Origin: an uncultured virus (IMG/VR IMGVR_UViG_3300021142_000026)
Lineage: Duplodnaviria; Heunggongvirae; Uroviricota; Caudoviricetes
Length of the DNA: 64,000 nucleotides
Direction: 5' to 3' (one strand)
Virus record (IMG/VR): IMGVR_UViG_3300021142_000026
Under the pieces are notes generated by a model that was not told where the DNA came from, made no database searches, and was given only the letters and a program-made list of their open reading frames with translations. Below are positions 27,091-36,429 of the stretch, in pieces. The position numbers and the translations under genes are program-made. Within the stretch, counting starts at the first letter, position 1; each line of letters begins with the position of its first letter.

Positions 27091-29697
27091 ATGTCATTGA
27101 AGAATCTACAGTCAGTCACGGTTACCACGAGTGATGGTTCTCTTGGTGTTAATGCCTTGCTTCATATGCCTGCTATACCTATGTCTGAGAGGCCTCCTGG
27201 ATGTAAAGGGTGCCCCTTTGGTGGTATTAAGGTTGGTGAGCGTGGCCCTGTAGATTCTCCTTTCGTCATTGTGGGTGAAGCACCTGGTGCTACTGAGCTC
27301 CACCTTGGAAGGCCGTTCTCTGGGCCGAGTGGCCAAATGCTGCAAGAGGTATTGGCGCAGGTTGGTTACACACCTGAGCTCTTGGGAGATCAATATGTCG
27401 AGCCTTATATCCTTAATGCCATGCAATGCCTCCCAAGGAACAAGAATGAGGGAGACCGTCTTGCAGAGGGTACTTCGGCCTGTGCTTCAAGGCTGGCTGA
27501 ACTCATTGGAGCTCACCCCAGAAAAGTCATCTTGGCTCTGGGTGCAGCCGCCTCATGGTCCCTTACAGGCAACTACAACATTAAGATTACACGGGATAGA
27601 GGTAAGCTGCACGCTACCCATCTCGCAGCCATTGGAGTCGTCTGCACCTTCCATCCCGCCTACTTGATGCGCAATGGCAATATGTATGCAACCTGGAAGA
27701 GGGACATTCAGTATGCAGTTGATTTTTTCAAAGGACATGACAATAAGGCTGGGCTGTGGTCAGAGCCAAAGTGGTCTAACATACAAGATCGCAGCGACCT
27801 TGAAGCCCTTGTCGATAGAATGGGAAGCGCCAAATTCATTGCTGGTGACATTGAGACTGGTGGACTCCAAGGGGCAGGCCTACATTTCCAAAAAGGGTAT
27901 ATTATCAGTCTCGGAATTACCAGTGACGTTAGTGGCGGACGACACGTTGACATTATACCTAACAGCGTCATCTGGGATAATGAAGACCTTATGGCAAGAC
28001 TCTTTGCACTGGATGCGAAGTGGATCTGGCAGAACGGAAAGTTCGATGTTAAGTTCTTTCGTTACGAGGGTCTCAGTGGCGCACGAGTTGACGAAGATAC
28101 AATGCTACTGAGTTACTGCCTGAACGAAAACAAAGGGCACGATCTGGATACACTTGCTTGGGACTACCTTGGTGCACCTAATCATAAAAGCGCCGTAGAC
28201 GATTGGTTCAAGGCTAACCGCATAGCCAAGAAGGATAGAGACTATGGTAAGCTTCCCAAAGACCTCCTGTTCAAGTATCAGGCCTTCGACATTTCAAAGA
28301 CCTACTTCCTCTACCATCGCCTCCGCCAGTTGGTGAACGCAGATCAGCACTCTAAGAAGCTCTATGAACGGATTCTGATTCCTGCATCTGAGTTCTTGAC
28401 TCAGGTGGAAATGAAAGGACTCAAGCTTAACCTGGCTACCGTTAAAGAGAACCTCACCTACCTTGAAGATCAGCTTGTGGAGCCTACCAAAAATGTTCAG
28501 CAGTATGCTCTGCAACATATGGGAGCTGAAATTAACCTAAACTCACCTGCACAGCTCGGCGAGCTCCTGTATAAGCGGATGAAGCTTGGTGCTGTAGGAT
28601 CTTCCACAGGTGAAGATGCACTCATTATGATCCAGCGGAAGTTCGATCATCCCATCGTCAACCACATCATGCGAGTCCGTCGCATCAACAAGGCAAAAAA
28701 CACCTATGTCAAGAATGCACATGAGTGGCCAGGTTTGGACGGCAGATTTCACGTCACCTACAAACTTCACGCCACTACAACGGGCCGCCTATCATCTTCT
28801 GACCCGACGAATGCACAGAATTGGCCCCGTGATCCTCGTATACGCGGTCAGGTGGAAGCGGACGAAGGGAAAGTCCTCGTGGAGGTTGATCTCAACCAAG
28901 CCGAGCTTCGCTGCCTGGCAATCATGTCAGCTGACCCTACACTTCTGGAGATCTATACTCGGAACGAAGTCAGTATTCACCACATCACTTCGGTTGCTAT
29001 GTTCGGTGAAGGATATACCGACGACCAAAAAATGAGGGCAAAGGCAATTAACTTCGGTATTGTGTATGGCCGTACTGCCCCGAGTATTGCGGAAGAGTTC
29101 AACATCTCCGTCAAAGAAGCTGACGAATACATCCGCATCTGGCTGGCACGATATCCGAAGGCACGAGACTTCATCCAAGAGAGTCGGAAAGCTCCATCTC
29201 ATCAAAGGACAATGATCACAAACTTTGGTCGCAAGAAGAGATGGGGTGTTGTTTCGTATGATAAGGTTCATGACTATGAAAACGAAGCAGCTAACTTCCC
29301 ACATCAGTCTACTGCCCACGATATCACCCTACTATCAGGAATTGAGACTCAAAGACCTCTACGTGACATCTGGCAAGGGGAGTTCGTCAATGAGATCCAT
29401 GACGCCCTGTACTTTGAGATTGCGGATGATCCAAATGTATATGGACCTGCTGTAGCTTATATGCAACGCGTTATGACTCGCGTACCAAAAGATTGGGGCT
29501 TAACAAGAGTACCCTTCATTGCGGAAGCAAAGGTTGGACATAAGTGGGGAGGTGCTAAAAATGCAAAGGAAGCTGGTATTGATCCGACTGGCTTCATGAA
29601 AGACTTCACACCCAGTGAAGAACATAAGCAGTCCATGATCAAGGACTTCTATATGTACCAAACGAAAGGTCACGGCATCATTCGAAAGTTCAGCTAG
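27091..29697 (+). CDS. polA: family A DNA polymerase with N-terminal family-4 UDG-like domain and 3'-5' exonuclease
   Basis: UDG: CKGC, GEAPG, FSGPSG, QC, HPAY; exo DIET, NGKFD, FD; pol TTTGRLSS, DLNQAELR, KAINFGIVYG, IHD. Confidence 0.95.
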   Translation: MSLKNLQSVTVTTSDGSLGVNALLHMPAIPMSERPPGCKGCPFGGIKVGERGPVDSPFVIVGEAPGATELHLGRPFSGPSGQMLQEVLAQVGYTPELLGDQYVEPYILNAMQCLPRNKNEGDRLAEGTSACASRLAELIGAHPRKVILALGAAASWSLTGNYNIKITRDRGKLHATHLAAIGVVCTFHPAYLMRNGNMYATWKRDIQYAVDFFKGHDNKAGLWSEPKWSNIQDRSDLEALVDRMGSAKFIAGDIETGGLQGAGLHFQKGYIISLGITSDVSGGRHVDIIPNSVIWDNEDLMARLFALDAKWIWQNGKFDVKFFRYEGLSGARVDEDTMLLSYCLNENKGHDLDTLAWDYLGAPNHKSAVDDWFKANRIAKKDRDYGKLPKDLLFKYQAFDISKTYFLYHRLRQLVNADQHSKKLYERILIPASEFLTQVEMKGLKLNLATVKENLTYLEDQLVEPTKNVQQYALQHMGAEINLNSPAQLGELLYKRMKLGAVGSSTGEDALIMIQRKFDHPIVNHIMRVRRINKAKNTYVKNAHEWPGLDGRFHVTYKLHATTTGRLSSSDPTNAQNWPRDPRIRGQVEADEGKVLVEVDLNQAELRCLAIMSADPTLLEIYTRNEVSIHHITSVAMFGEGYTDDQKMRAKAINFGIVYGRTAPSIAEEFNISVKEADEYIRIWLARYPKARDFIQESRKAPSHQRTMITNFGRKKRWGVVSYDKVHDYENEAANFPHQSTAHDITLLSGIETQRPLRDIWQGEFVNEIHDALYFEIADDPNVYGPAVAYMQRVMTRVPKDWGLTRVPFIAEAKVGHKWGGAKNAKEAGIDPTGFMKDFTPSEEHKQSMIKDFYMYQTKGHGIIRKFS

Positions 29698-29731
29698 CTT
29701 GATCCATCCTAAATATCTTTTGGTAGTTCAT

Positions 29732-29770
29732 CTTTTGACTATTGAGTTTTCCCTCGGTATAGCTTATAAT
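29732..29770 (+). promoter_or_regulatory. sigma70-type promoter with CTTTTGACTA element
   Basis: CTTTTGACTA-TTGAGT-N17-TATAAT. Confidence 0.75.
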
Positions 29771-29819
29771 AAAATATAAGGAAAGTTTGCCTTGGGGTTC
29801 TACAAGAGGAAAAAGACGA

Positions 29820-30230
29820 ATGGATATGGTAGACGCTTCTGAGCATGATGTGGAGACTGACGAACTCCTGGAAGCTATCATGCACGAGGAAATTATGCAA
29901 GACCTTCTTAAGCTCAGCAAGGCAGAACGCGCTCGAGCGTATTGGAAGTTCTCTAGACTCTACCACGGCTTTGGCTGTGATGAAACTAAAGGCATCTTGA
30001 CTATTGGCCTTCTCATCCTCACGCTTCGAGCCTTACAAGATGCCTCATATGTCAAAGGAGATCACATTCTGATTCCCCTAGTTGATGTGCTTCTCCAAGA
30101 TGTGATCATGGGTCGTCAGAAGCACAAAGGTCAAAACAAGAGAACCAATAATGTGGTTCAATTGTTTAAGCAGACACCACCTAACACCACCCTCAATAAT
30201 GGAGTGACGAATGTCGCGCAAGCCGGTTAG
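29820..30230 (+). CDS. hypothetical protein
   Basis: GAGGA RBS; first gene after promoter 29732. Confidence 0.65.
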   Translation: MDMVDASEHDVETDELLEAIMHEEIMQDLLKLSKAERARAYWKFSRLYHGFGCDETKGILTIGLLILTLRALQDASYVKGDHILIPLVDVLLQDVIMGRQKHKGQNKRTNNVVQLFKQTPPNTTLNNGVTNVAQAG

Positions 30231-32676
30231 TTTCCAAGCACAAGCTAATGACTCTGACTCTTACTTCTCTGCTAACATAGATGGTGCTCATGCCGAGATT
30301 CAGCCGCAGTCTTCTCAGCTCTGCAAGGATGTGTGGCGTGACAAGTACCAATATGGCAATGAACCCTTTAGTGGGATGTGCACGCGTGTGGCTCAAGCGG
30401 TTATGGCAGAGGATGGGGCTCATTGGATTGCTCGCACTGCGGATGCTATGCATGCCGGTGTTTGGATGCCTGCTGGTCGAATTCTTGCTGGCGCGGGTAC
30501 TCCTAAGAGGGTTACGCTTCTGAACTGCTTTGTCAATTCCGTCATTGAAGACGATATGGAGTCTATCACACATGGTCTCTCGAACATTATGCTTACAATG
30601 CAGCAAGGGGGAGGAATTGGAACCGACTTCAGCCTTCTCCGACCCCCAGGTGCGATCCTCCGTCGCACAGGCTCTACAGCAAGCGGTCCAGGTCCTTTCA
30701 TCGATACCTGGGATTCAGCATGTACAACTATACGTTCGTCTGGAGACCGACGAGGCGCTATGATGGGGACGCTGCATTGCAGCCATCCTTATCTGCCTGA
30801 GTTCATAAAGGCCAAACATGAAAAAGGTCGTTGGACTAACTTTAACGTGTCTGTGCTTGTGTCTGATGCCTTCATGGCTTGTGTGGAAGATGACGAAGAT
30901 TGGTATCTTCACCACTCTTGCCCTCCTGGCTTTGAAAGATCGCGGGATCTTGAGGCTCTAGACTTTGAGGACGACGACGGCAAGACGCAGTATGTGTATT
31001 CCGTCCACAAGGCAAAGGATCTGTGGGATGAGATCATACGTTCTACTTACGATTATGCGGAGCCTGGGGTCATCTTCATCGACAGGGTTAATGCTGGAAA
31101 CCCGTTGTTTTACGCTGAGTCCATCTCATGTACTAATCCTTGTGGGGAACAACCCCTGCCACCGCACGGATGTTGTGATCTCGGCGCCGTAGTGGTCTCT
31201 CGTTGCGTGCAGCGTCCCTTTGATTCTACGGCTTCTATGAACTGGGAGATGCTGGATGCTGCTGTTGAGCTTGGGGTGCGTTTTCTGGATAATGTCATTA
31301 ACGTCACTAATTATCCACTACCTCAACAAAAAGAGGAAGAGTTCAACAAGCGCCGTATTGGAATCGGAATTTCGGGCCTCGCTGATTGTATGCATATGCT
31401 TGGGCTCCGATATGGTTCTCCAGCCTCCTGCAGTCTGGCCGAGGACATCATGCGTCGTGTGGCCAACGTTGCTTACAGGACCAGCGCTATGCTTGCCGCC
31501 GAGAAGGGAGTATTTCCTCTGTACTCTGATACTGACCATTATAATGGTGAGTTCTTCAAGCGCCTCGACACTGAGGTCCAAGCCTTGGTTGAGAGTCATG
31601 GTCTTCGTAACGGTGTCCTGCTTACTATTGCACCTACTGGTACCACCAGCATCGCTTACGGTAATATAAGCAGTGGCCTTGAACCTGTGTTCGCACACTC
31701 TATGCGTCGTAAGGTGCGTCAAGGTGATAACACCTTCAAGGAGTATGACGAGATCGCTTATGGTGCTAGGCTCTGGCTGAAGCGCAATGGATATGATGAC
31801 ACGGATGCATCTAACCTCATCTACCTGCCGAAGCATATGAATGTGTGTGCAGATGTTCGTATTCATGAGCATGTGCGCATTCAGGAGGTGTGTCAGAAGT
31901 GGGTTGATGCCAGCATCTCGAAGACCATCAATGTTCCGGAGGACATCGACTATGAGGACTTCAAGGATGTATATCGACTTGCTTTCGACTCCGGTCTTAA
32001 GGGCTGCACCACCTATCGCCCGTCTGAGGTTAGAGGTTCGATCCTTAGCACTGGTGGAGAACAGTCCAAGGCTACTCAAGAGCAGGTGGTCGCAGAAGCA
32101 GCCATGGGAGCTTCTTATGCTGTTGCTCGCATTGAAAGGCCTGAGCTCATTCAAGCATCAACGGCAAAGATATCCTGGCCAGGTCTCTCCAGTTCAATCT
32201 ACCTCACTATTGGTTACATTGACGGTAAACCGTATGAAGTCTTCCTGAACTCCAAAGACCAAAAAGCGCTCGAATGGACAATGGCTCTAACGATCCTGAT
32301 GTCTCTGGCTCTGCGGATGGGAGTCCCTCTGGAGATCCTGAGCTCGGAGTTCCAGCAGGTTCACGCACTGGAAGGTGGGTGGGCAGACGCTGGGGACGGG
32401 ACGGGAAAGCAGAAGTATTGGCCTTCCCTGATTTCATTCCTAGGCCACAAGATGCGCCAGATGCAAGAACCGACAAGTGGTTCTGCCAGCATTATTACAT
32501 TGGCTGGGAGTCCTGATGAGCCTGGACAACCTCAGGGGTCTCAGAGCGTATCTGGGTCATCTGAACAATCAGTTCGTCAAGCCGGAAAGCAATGCAAAGC
32601 CTGTCACCAATACGCAGTCCAAAAAATTGCAGGCTGTGATACTTGCACCAACTGTGGAGATTCCAAATGTCAATGA
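30211..32676 (+). CDS. nrdJ: class II (B12-dependent) ribonucleotide reductase
   Basis: PAGRILAGAG, LNCFV, GGGIGTDFS, TNPCGEQPL, IAPTGT, SISKTIN, KGCTTYR; C-terminal zinc ribbon; no beta-subunit gene nearby. Confidence 0.92.
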   Translation: MSRKPVSFQAQANDSDSYFSANIDGAHAEIQPQSSQLCKDVWRDKYQYGNEPFSGMCTRVAQAVMAEDGAHWIARTADAMHAGVWMPAGRILAGAGTPKRVTLLNCFVNSVIEDDMESITHGLSNIMLTMQQGGGIGTDFSLLRPPGAILRRTGSTASGPGPFIDTWDSACTTIRSSGDRRGAMMGTLHCSHPYLPEFIKAKHEKGRWTNFNVSVLVSDAFMACVEDDEDWYLHHSCPPGFERSRDLEALDFEDDDGKTQYVYSVHKAKDLWDEIIRSTYDYAEPGVIFIDRVNAGNPLFYAESISCTNPCGEQPLPPHGCCDLGAVVVSRCVQRPFDSTASMNWEMLDAAVELGVRFLDNVINVTNYPLPQQKEEEFNKRRIGIGISGLADCMHMLGLRYGSPASCSLAEDIMRRVANVAYRTSAMLAAEKGVFPLYSDTDHYNGEFFKRLDTEVQALVESHGLRNGVLLTIAPTGTTSIAYGNISSGLEPVFAHSMRRKVRQGDNTFKEYDEIAYGARLWLKRNGYDDTDASNLIYLPKHMNVCADVRIHEHVRIQEVCQKWVDASISKTINVPEDIDYEDFKDVYRLAFDSGLKGCTTYRPSEVRGSILSTGGEQSKATQEQVVAEAAMGASYAVARIERPELIQASTAKISWPGLSSSIYLTIGYIDGKPYEVFLNSKDQKALEWTMALTILMSLALRMGVPLEILSSEFQQVHALEGGWADAGDGTGKQKYWPSLISFLGHKMRQMQEPTSGSASIITLAGSPDEPGQPQGSQSVSGSSEQSVRQAGKQCKACHQYAVQKIAGCDTCTNCGDSKCQ

Positions 32677-33326
32677 CGGCAAAGATAACTGAAGAGACCC
32701 TCTATGAAGCCCTTTGGGGCTTCTCTTCCAACAAAGAGCCTAGTGTTGCAGGTGTTAATGTTGCTGTTGTTGGACCTAAGGGTGCAGGCAAAGATACTCT
32801 AGGGAGCATCCTGCAGAAGTATGCCAAGTTCGAACACCTTAACTTTGCTGACCTGTTGAAGGAAGTCTGCATCCAGAAATATGGCCTTACTTACGAAGAG
32901 TGTTACGAGCCTGCCTTAAAGGAAAAGGTTCTCACTCGTTGGCCTCATGTGACGCCTAGGCAGATCATGCAGGAAGAAGCAGAGACCTCTAGGAAGCTCT
33001 ACCCAGATATTTGGGTCAAAGCTTGGGAAGATAAGATCAGCTGGAGTGTAGACTCTGATCAAAACCTCCTTGTGACTGATCTCCGTTATCCTAATGAACT
33101 TGAGGCCTTCCGTAAGCTGCAGAACAACGTAGTCATCTATGTGATGAATCCTGTAGTAGAAGAAGAGCGTCGTCAAGGTATAGCAAAGAATGATCCTCGG
33201 TGGATGCATGAATCCGAAAGCCATGCGCCTATGCTCAGGAACTTTGTCAACCTCCTAGTGGTAAACTCTGGGCGCTCGCTGCAGGGTCTTGAAGAAAACC
33301 TTGCCCATTCCCTCCACATCCTGTAG
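32673..33326 (+). CDS. deoxynucleoside monophosphate kinase
   Basis: GPKGAGKDT, FADLLK, TPRQIMQ, DLRYPNE, HESE. Confidence 0.88.
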   Translation: MTAKITEETLYEALWGFSSNKEPSVAGVNVAVVGPKGAGKDTLGSILQKYAKFEHLNFADLLKEVCIQKYGLTYEECYEPALKEKVLTRWPHVTPRQIMQEEAETSRKLYPDIWVKAWEDKISWSVDSDQNLLVTDLRYPNELEAFRKLQNNVVIYVMNPVVEEERRQGIAKNDPRWMHESESHAPMLRNFVNLLVVNSGRSLQGLEENLAHSLHIL

Positions 33327-33342
33327 AAGAAGAGCCTTACAC

Positions 33343-34041
33343 ATGAGCACGAACCCTAGCACCAGGTTTGTAGAGGACCTGAACGTAATCAAGACCGACC
33401 TGAATCTTGGTCTTAAGATTGCCGAACATCTTCAGAACCTTGGCCTTGAGAACCCCATGCTTGATAAAGCCCCTATAAGCTCTAGGGCAGCACATGAGGC
33501 TCTTGAAGAAGGGTTCACTGATGCTTTTGTCCATATGGGCATTGACATCTTTGACCCTTCCATGAAAGATACGCCGCGTCGTTATGCGGACATGTTCATC
33601 GGCGAGCTCACTAAGGGACTAAACTATGACTTCTTCCCTAAGTGTACTGCCACTCCAGCCATTGACGACCAGATGGTCATTGTCAAAGACTGTCGCGTCA
33701 CCTCCCTCTGTGAACACCACCTTCAGACAATTGATGGTGTAGCACACATTGCGTATATCCCAGGTTCCAAACTTCTTGGCCTCAGTAAGTTTGCCCGTCT
33801 CGTAGAGTTCTTTGCACGGCGTCCTCAAGTCCAAGAAAGGCTTACGGCACAGATTTATCATGCCCTCACCTTCATCCTTGAGACGGATGATGTGGCGGTA
33901 GTGATCGATGCTACGCACTATTGTATGAAGGCACGTGGTGCTATGCAAGGTGCTGCTACAACCCAGACCAATAAGATGGGTGGTCGCTTTCTTTCTCAAC
34001 CTGCAGCTCGGGAGGAATTTTTCAATGGCATCGCCCGCTAA
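33343..34041 (+). CDS. folE: GTP cyclohydrolase I
   Basis: DTPRR, SLCEHH, GLSKFAR, RPQVQERLT, HYCMKARG. Confidence 0.96.
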   Translation: MSTNPSTRFVEDLNVIKTDLNLGLKIAEHLQNLGLENPMLDKAPISSRAAHEALEEGFTDAFVHMGIDIFDPSMKDTPRRYADMFIGELTKGLNYDFFPKCTATPAIDDQMVIVKDCRVTSLCEHHLQTIDGVAHIAYIPGSKLLGLSKFARLVEFFARRPQVQERLTAQIYHALTFILETDDVAVVIDATHYCMKARGAMQGAATTQTNKMGGRFLSQPAAREEFFNGIAR

Positions 34042-34543
34042 TCAAACCCCTGACTACTATCGTGTCACCTGGCGCGATGTAGAATCCAATGTCAATGCCA
34101 TTCAACAGAAGCTTGACCAAATTCGTTGGTATCCTGAACTTGTGATTGGTATTGCCCGTGGTGGCCTCTTGCCTGCTACTATGCTTTCTCATCGCCTGAA
34201 GATCCCTGTCTCTATTATCTCAATGACCACCTATGACGACAATGAAACGAAGAAGTCTAATATGGCGGGAACTGAAGGCATCCTCTATGATCCGGTGACT
34301 GGCGCGAAGATGATGTGGTCAGACATTGAATGCCTTAACCTTGAAGAGGCACTGTTGGTGGATGACATCTGCGACACTGGGGAGACTCTGGCTGCTATCT
34401 CAAAGCACCTGCCTAAGGTTAAGTTGGCCACGCTCTTCCAGAAGGTAGACGTTAACAATCAACAGCCCTTTACGGTTCCTAATTGGATCTCGCGAGGCCA
34501 AGTTGTTGCACATCATAAGTGGGTAGTCTTCCCTTGGGAATAG
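34025..34543 (+). CDS. type I purine phosphoribosyltransferase (xanthine/guanine PRT-like)
   Basis: IGIARGGLLPA, PRPP loop LLVDDICDTGET, WVVFPWE. Confidence 0.88.
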   Translation: MASPANQTPDYYRVTWRDVESNVNAIQQKLDQIRWYPELVIGIARGGLLPATMLSHRLKIPVSIISMTTYDDNETKKSNMAGTEGILYDPVTGAKMMWSDIECLNLEEALLVDDICDTGETLAAISKHLPKVKLATLFQKVDVNNQQPFTVPNWISRGQVVAHHKWVVFPWE

Positions 34544-34657
34544 CTATATCTATGGGTGCCTAGCTGTGCCGTAGCTTTGATGAGGACGCGAGAGTTTATT
34601 CCCTAAAGTTGAATGGCCTTCTCAACCTCACCGGCTATTGACATAACCCAAAGAACA

Positions 34658-34692
34658 GAAAAGGAGCTCCAGAGGCCATGGAGCTCCTTAAC
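34658..34692. terminator. terminator between the convergent arms
   Basis: AAGGAGCTCC-loop-GGAGCTCCTT. Confidence 0.7.
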
Positions 34693-34761
34693 CTGTCAGT
34701 GGCTCAGCATTACTAAGCCATCACACCTGATAACAACCGCCGGCTCGTTCAACGGTTTAAA

Positions 34762-35061
34762 TTACTTCGGTGCTTTCCAACAGCCCTGTTTGACGCCGAA
34801 TTCATCATGCGCCAAAATCACTCTTTCCGTCTCTGCCGTCAACACGTCGTTAGATGACACCAAGATAGGTTTCCAACCAGCACACCGGAGCTTAACCCCT
34901 TGAGAGTCAGTCACGACTCCACTTACTGCGCAGCTCGACATCGAGAGCAGAACCACGCACAGGATCACTAACACCGCCAGATACGCCAAGGCCCCCAGGG
35001 CCGTTGCTTCCCTGAGAGGGCTTCTCCACTGGCGACGGAATACTTGATAAAGAGTCGACAT
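34762..35061 (-). CDS. o-spanin (Rz1-like lipoprotein)
   Basis: hydrophobic signal plus lipobox SMSSC; overlaps i-spanin. Confidence 0.75.
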   Translation of the reverse strand: MSTLYQVFRRQWRSPLREATALGALAYLAVLVILCVVLLSMSSCAVSGVVTDSQGVKLRCAGWKPILVSSNDVLTAETERVILAHDEFGVKQGCWKAPK

Positions 35062-35251
35062 ACTGATCTACCTCTGCTCTAGCCCCATAAGCCTTAAGGG
35101 CTGTGGTTAATCCGAGTTGTTGGTCTGCCTTAGCCTGTTGTTGCTTGGCAGTATGGGATACTACCATAAAGCCCACCAAAGCCATAAGGCCCGAAAATAT
35201 TGGTCCAATTGAATGCATCAGACCGTGGAAGAACTCTTGTATGTGTTGCAT
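34907..35251 (-). CDS. i-spanin (Rz-like)
   Basis: N-terminal TM followed by helical region, after endolysin. Confidence 0.7.
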   Translation of the reverse strand: MQHIQEFFHGLMHSIGPIFSGLMALVGFMVVSHTAKQQQAKADQQLGLTTALKAYGARAEVDQYVDSLSSIPSPVEKPSQGSNGPGGLGVSGGVSDPVRGSALDVELRSKWSRD

Positions 35252-35262
35252 GTTGCCTACCT

Positions 35263-36405
35263 CTACCTCAACTTAATGTTCTTGACGCCCTTTTGCTTCT
35301 TCCAGTCCGCAAACTTAGTCCAGATGATGTAAACAGCCAACACCACTAAGGCCACAGATTCAAAGCCAATGATCCATTGTGCCTTGTGTAACGCATCAGA
35401 TGCTTGGACTACATTATGCTGAACAACAGCAGTAGCAGCAGCAGGGTGATTAGTGTCCGTGAGCTTCTGGGCAAGCTTAGTGCCTTCCTCAACCTTGGAG
35501 GCAACATCTGCCACATCAGAGAGAGGCATTACACCTCCTACTCCCATACCACCAGCCACAACAGCTCCGGCAATTCTCTTGGACTGTGCGGGTGAAGTGA
35601 CTGCCAGACGTTCAGAGGCGAGGGCAGTAAGTGTCTGAGGTCCACAGATTCCATCAGGAGTAATGCCAGCCTTGCGTTGAAAGTCACGGAGGACTTCAGC
35701 ATCCTCCTCACCAAAGACTCCATCAACAGTAACACCGCCCTTAGGGTTGTAGAGGATGAGGAGTTGCTCAACCTTCACCACCTGCGGGCCCGTTGAACCA
35801 ATCCTTACCACACTCGACTTAGCCTGTTCATAGAACTTAGCCAGGTCAGTATCGTAGTTGTTCTTGCGGTAGTTAGGACCGTTATACTTGAAGGCAATAG
35901 TGGCCCAGTCTTTAGTCTTGAGTGCAGGAATGAAACCTCTGACGGTCAGATAGTTGCAGAAGGCGTTCAGTTGTGCAGGCTCTCCAGCAACAAAGGCTCT
36001 AACCATCTCATAGACGTCAGAGTAACCCGCCTCACGATAGTTATAGCCCATGCACTGCCAGAAGCCCCAAGAACAAGCTTGTAAGGCCATCTTCTCATTA
36101 AGGGCCATGGCAGCATACAGCTTGTCATACTGATGATACCCACCAGGTCCATAATGAATATGAGCACTATCCTTCACAGACAGTTCGGGATGGTCATCAT
36201 CAAAGATGCCACCAGTAAGGTGATGGAAGACCAAAGGCTCAAATAGAATAGAAGGCCTTCCATCAGGCAGGAAAGCCTGATCATGTGTCTCCTTGTACAT
36301 CAGAGCCTGCAGAACCTCTACCTCTACACCAAGACGGTTGGCCGCTTGATAAAGGGCATCTGCAGTGATCTTAATTGCCGGTCCATAGAAGTCGGTAGGC
36401 TGCAT
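35263..36405 (-). CDS. endolysin: N-acetylmuramidase (DUF3380-type), peptidoglycan-binding domain and C-terminal TM segments
   Basis: ILFE..F, CSWGFWQCMGYN, YNGPNY; DGVFG...FQ...DGICGPQT; C-terminal hydrophobic helices. Confidence 0.88.
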   Translation of the reverse strand: MQPTDFYGPAIKITADALYQAANRLGVEVEVLQALMYKETHDQAFLPDGRPSILFEPLVFHHLTGGIFDDDHPELSVKDSAHIHYGPGGYHQYDKLYAAMALNEKMALQACSWGFWQCMGYNYREAGYSDVYEMVRAFVAGEPAQLNAFCNYLTVRGFIPALKTKDWATIAFKYNGPNYRKNNYDTDLAKFYEQAKSSVVRIGSTGPQVVKVEQLLILYNPKGGVTVDGVFGEEDAEVLRDFQRKAGITPDGICGPQTLTALASERLAVTSPAQSKRIAGAVVAGGMGVGGVMPLSDVADVASKVEEGTKLAQKLTDTNHPAAATAVVQHNVVQASDALHKAQWIIGFESVALVVLAVYIIWTKFADWKKQKGVKNIKLR

Positions 36406-36429
36406 AATGCCCTCCTAGGGCTTAAGTAT

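Noticed and set aside
1..30000. CtrA boxes (TTAA-N7-TTAA) in promoters
   Set aside because: Only TTAA pairs with other spacings were seen by eye (e.g. near 4239 and 5391); not an exhaustive scan
27091..32676. Inteins or introns in polA and nrdJ
   Set aside because: Catalytic motifs are contiguous at normal spacing and no splice-junction signatures were seen
34545..34760. preQ1 riboswitch or hammerhead ribozyme after the folE/PRT genes
   Set aside because: TTGATGAG lacks the CUGAnGA/GAAA hammerhead core, no preQ1 aptamer pattern is evident, and the position is 3' of the genes; only terminator-like hairpins are supported
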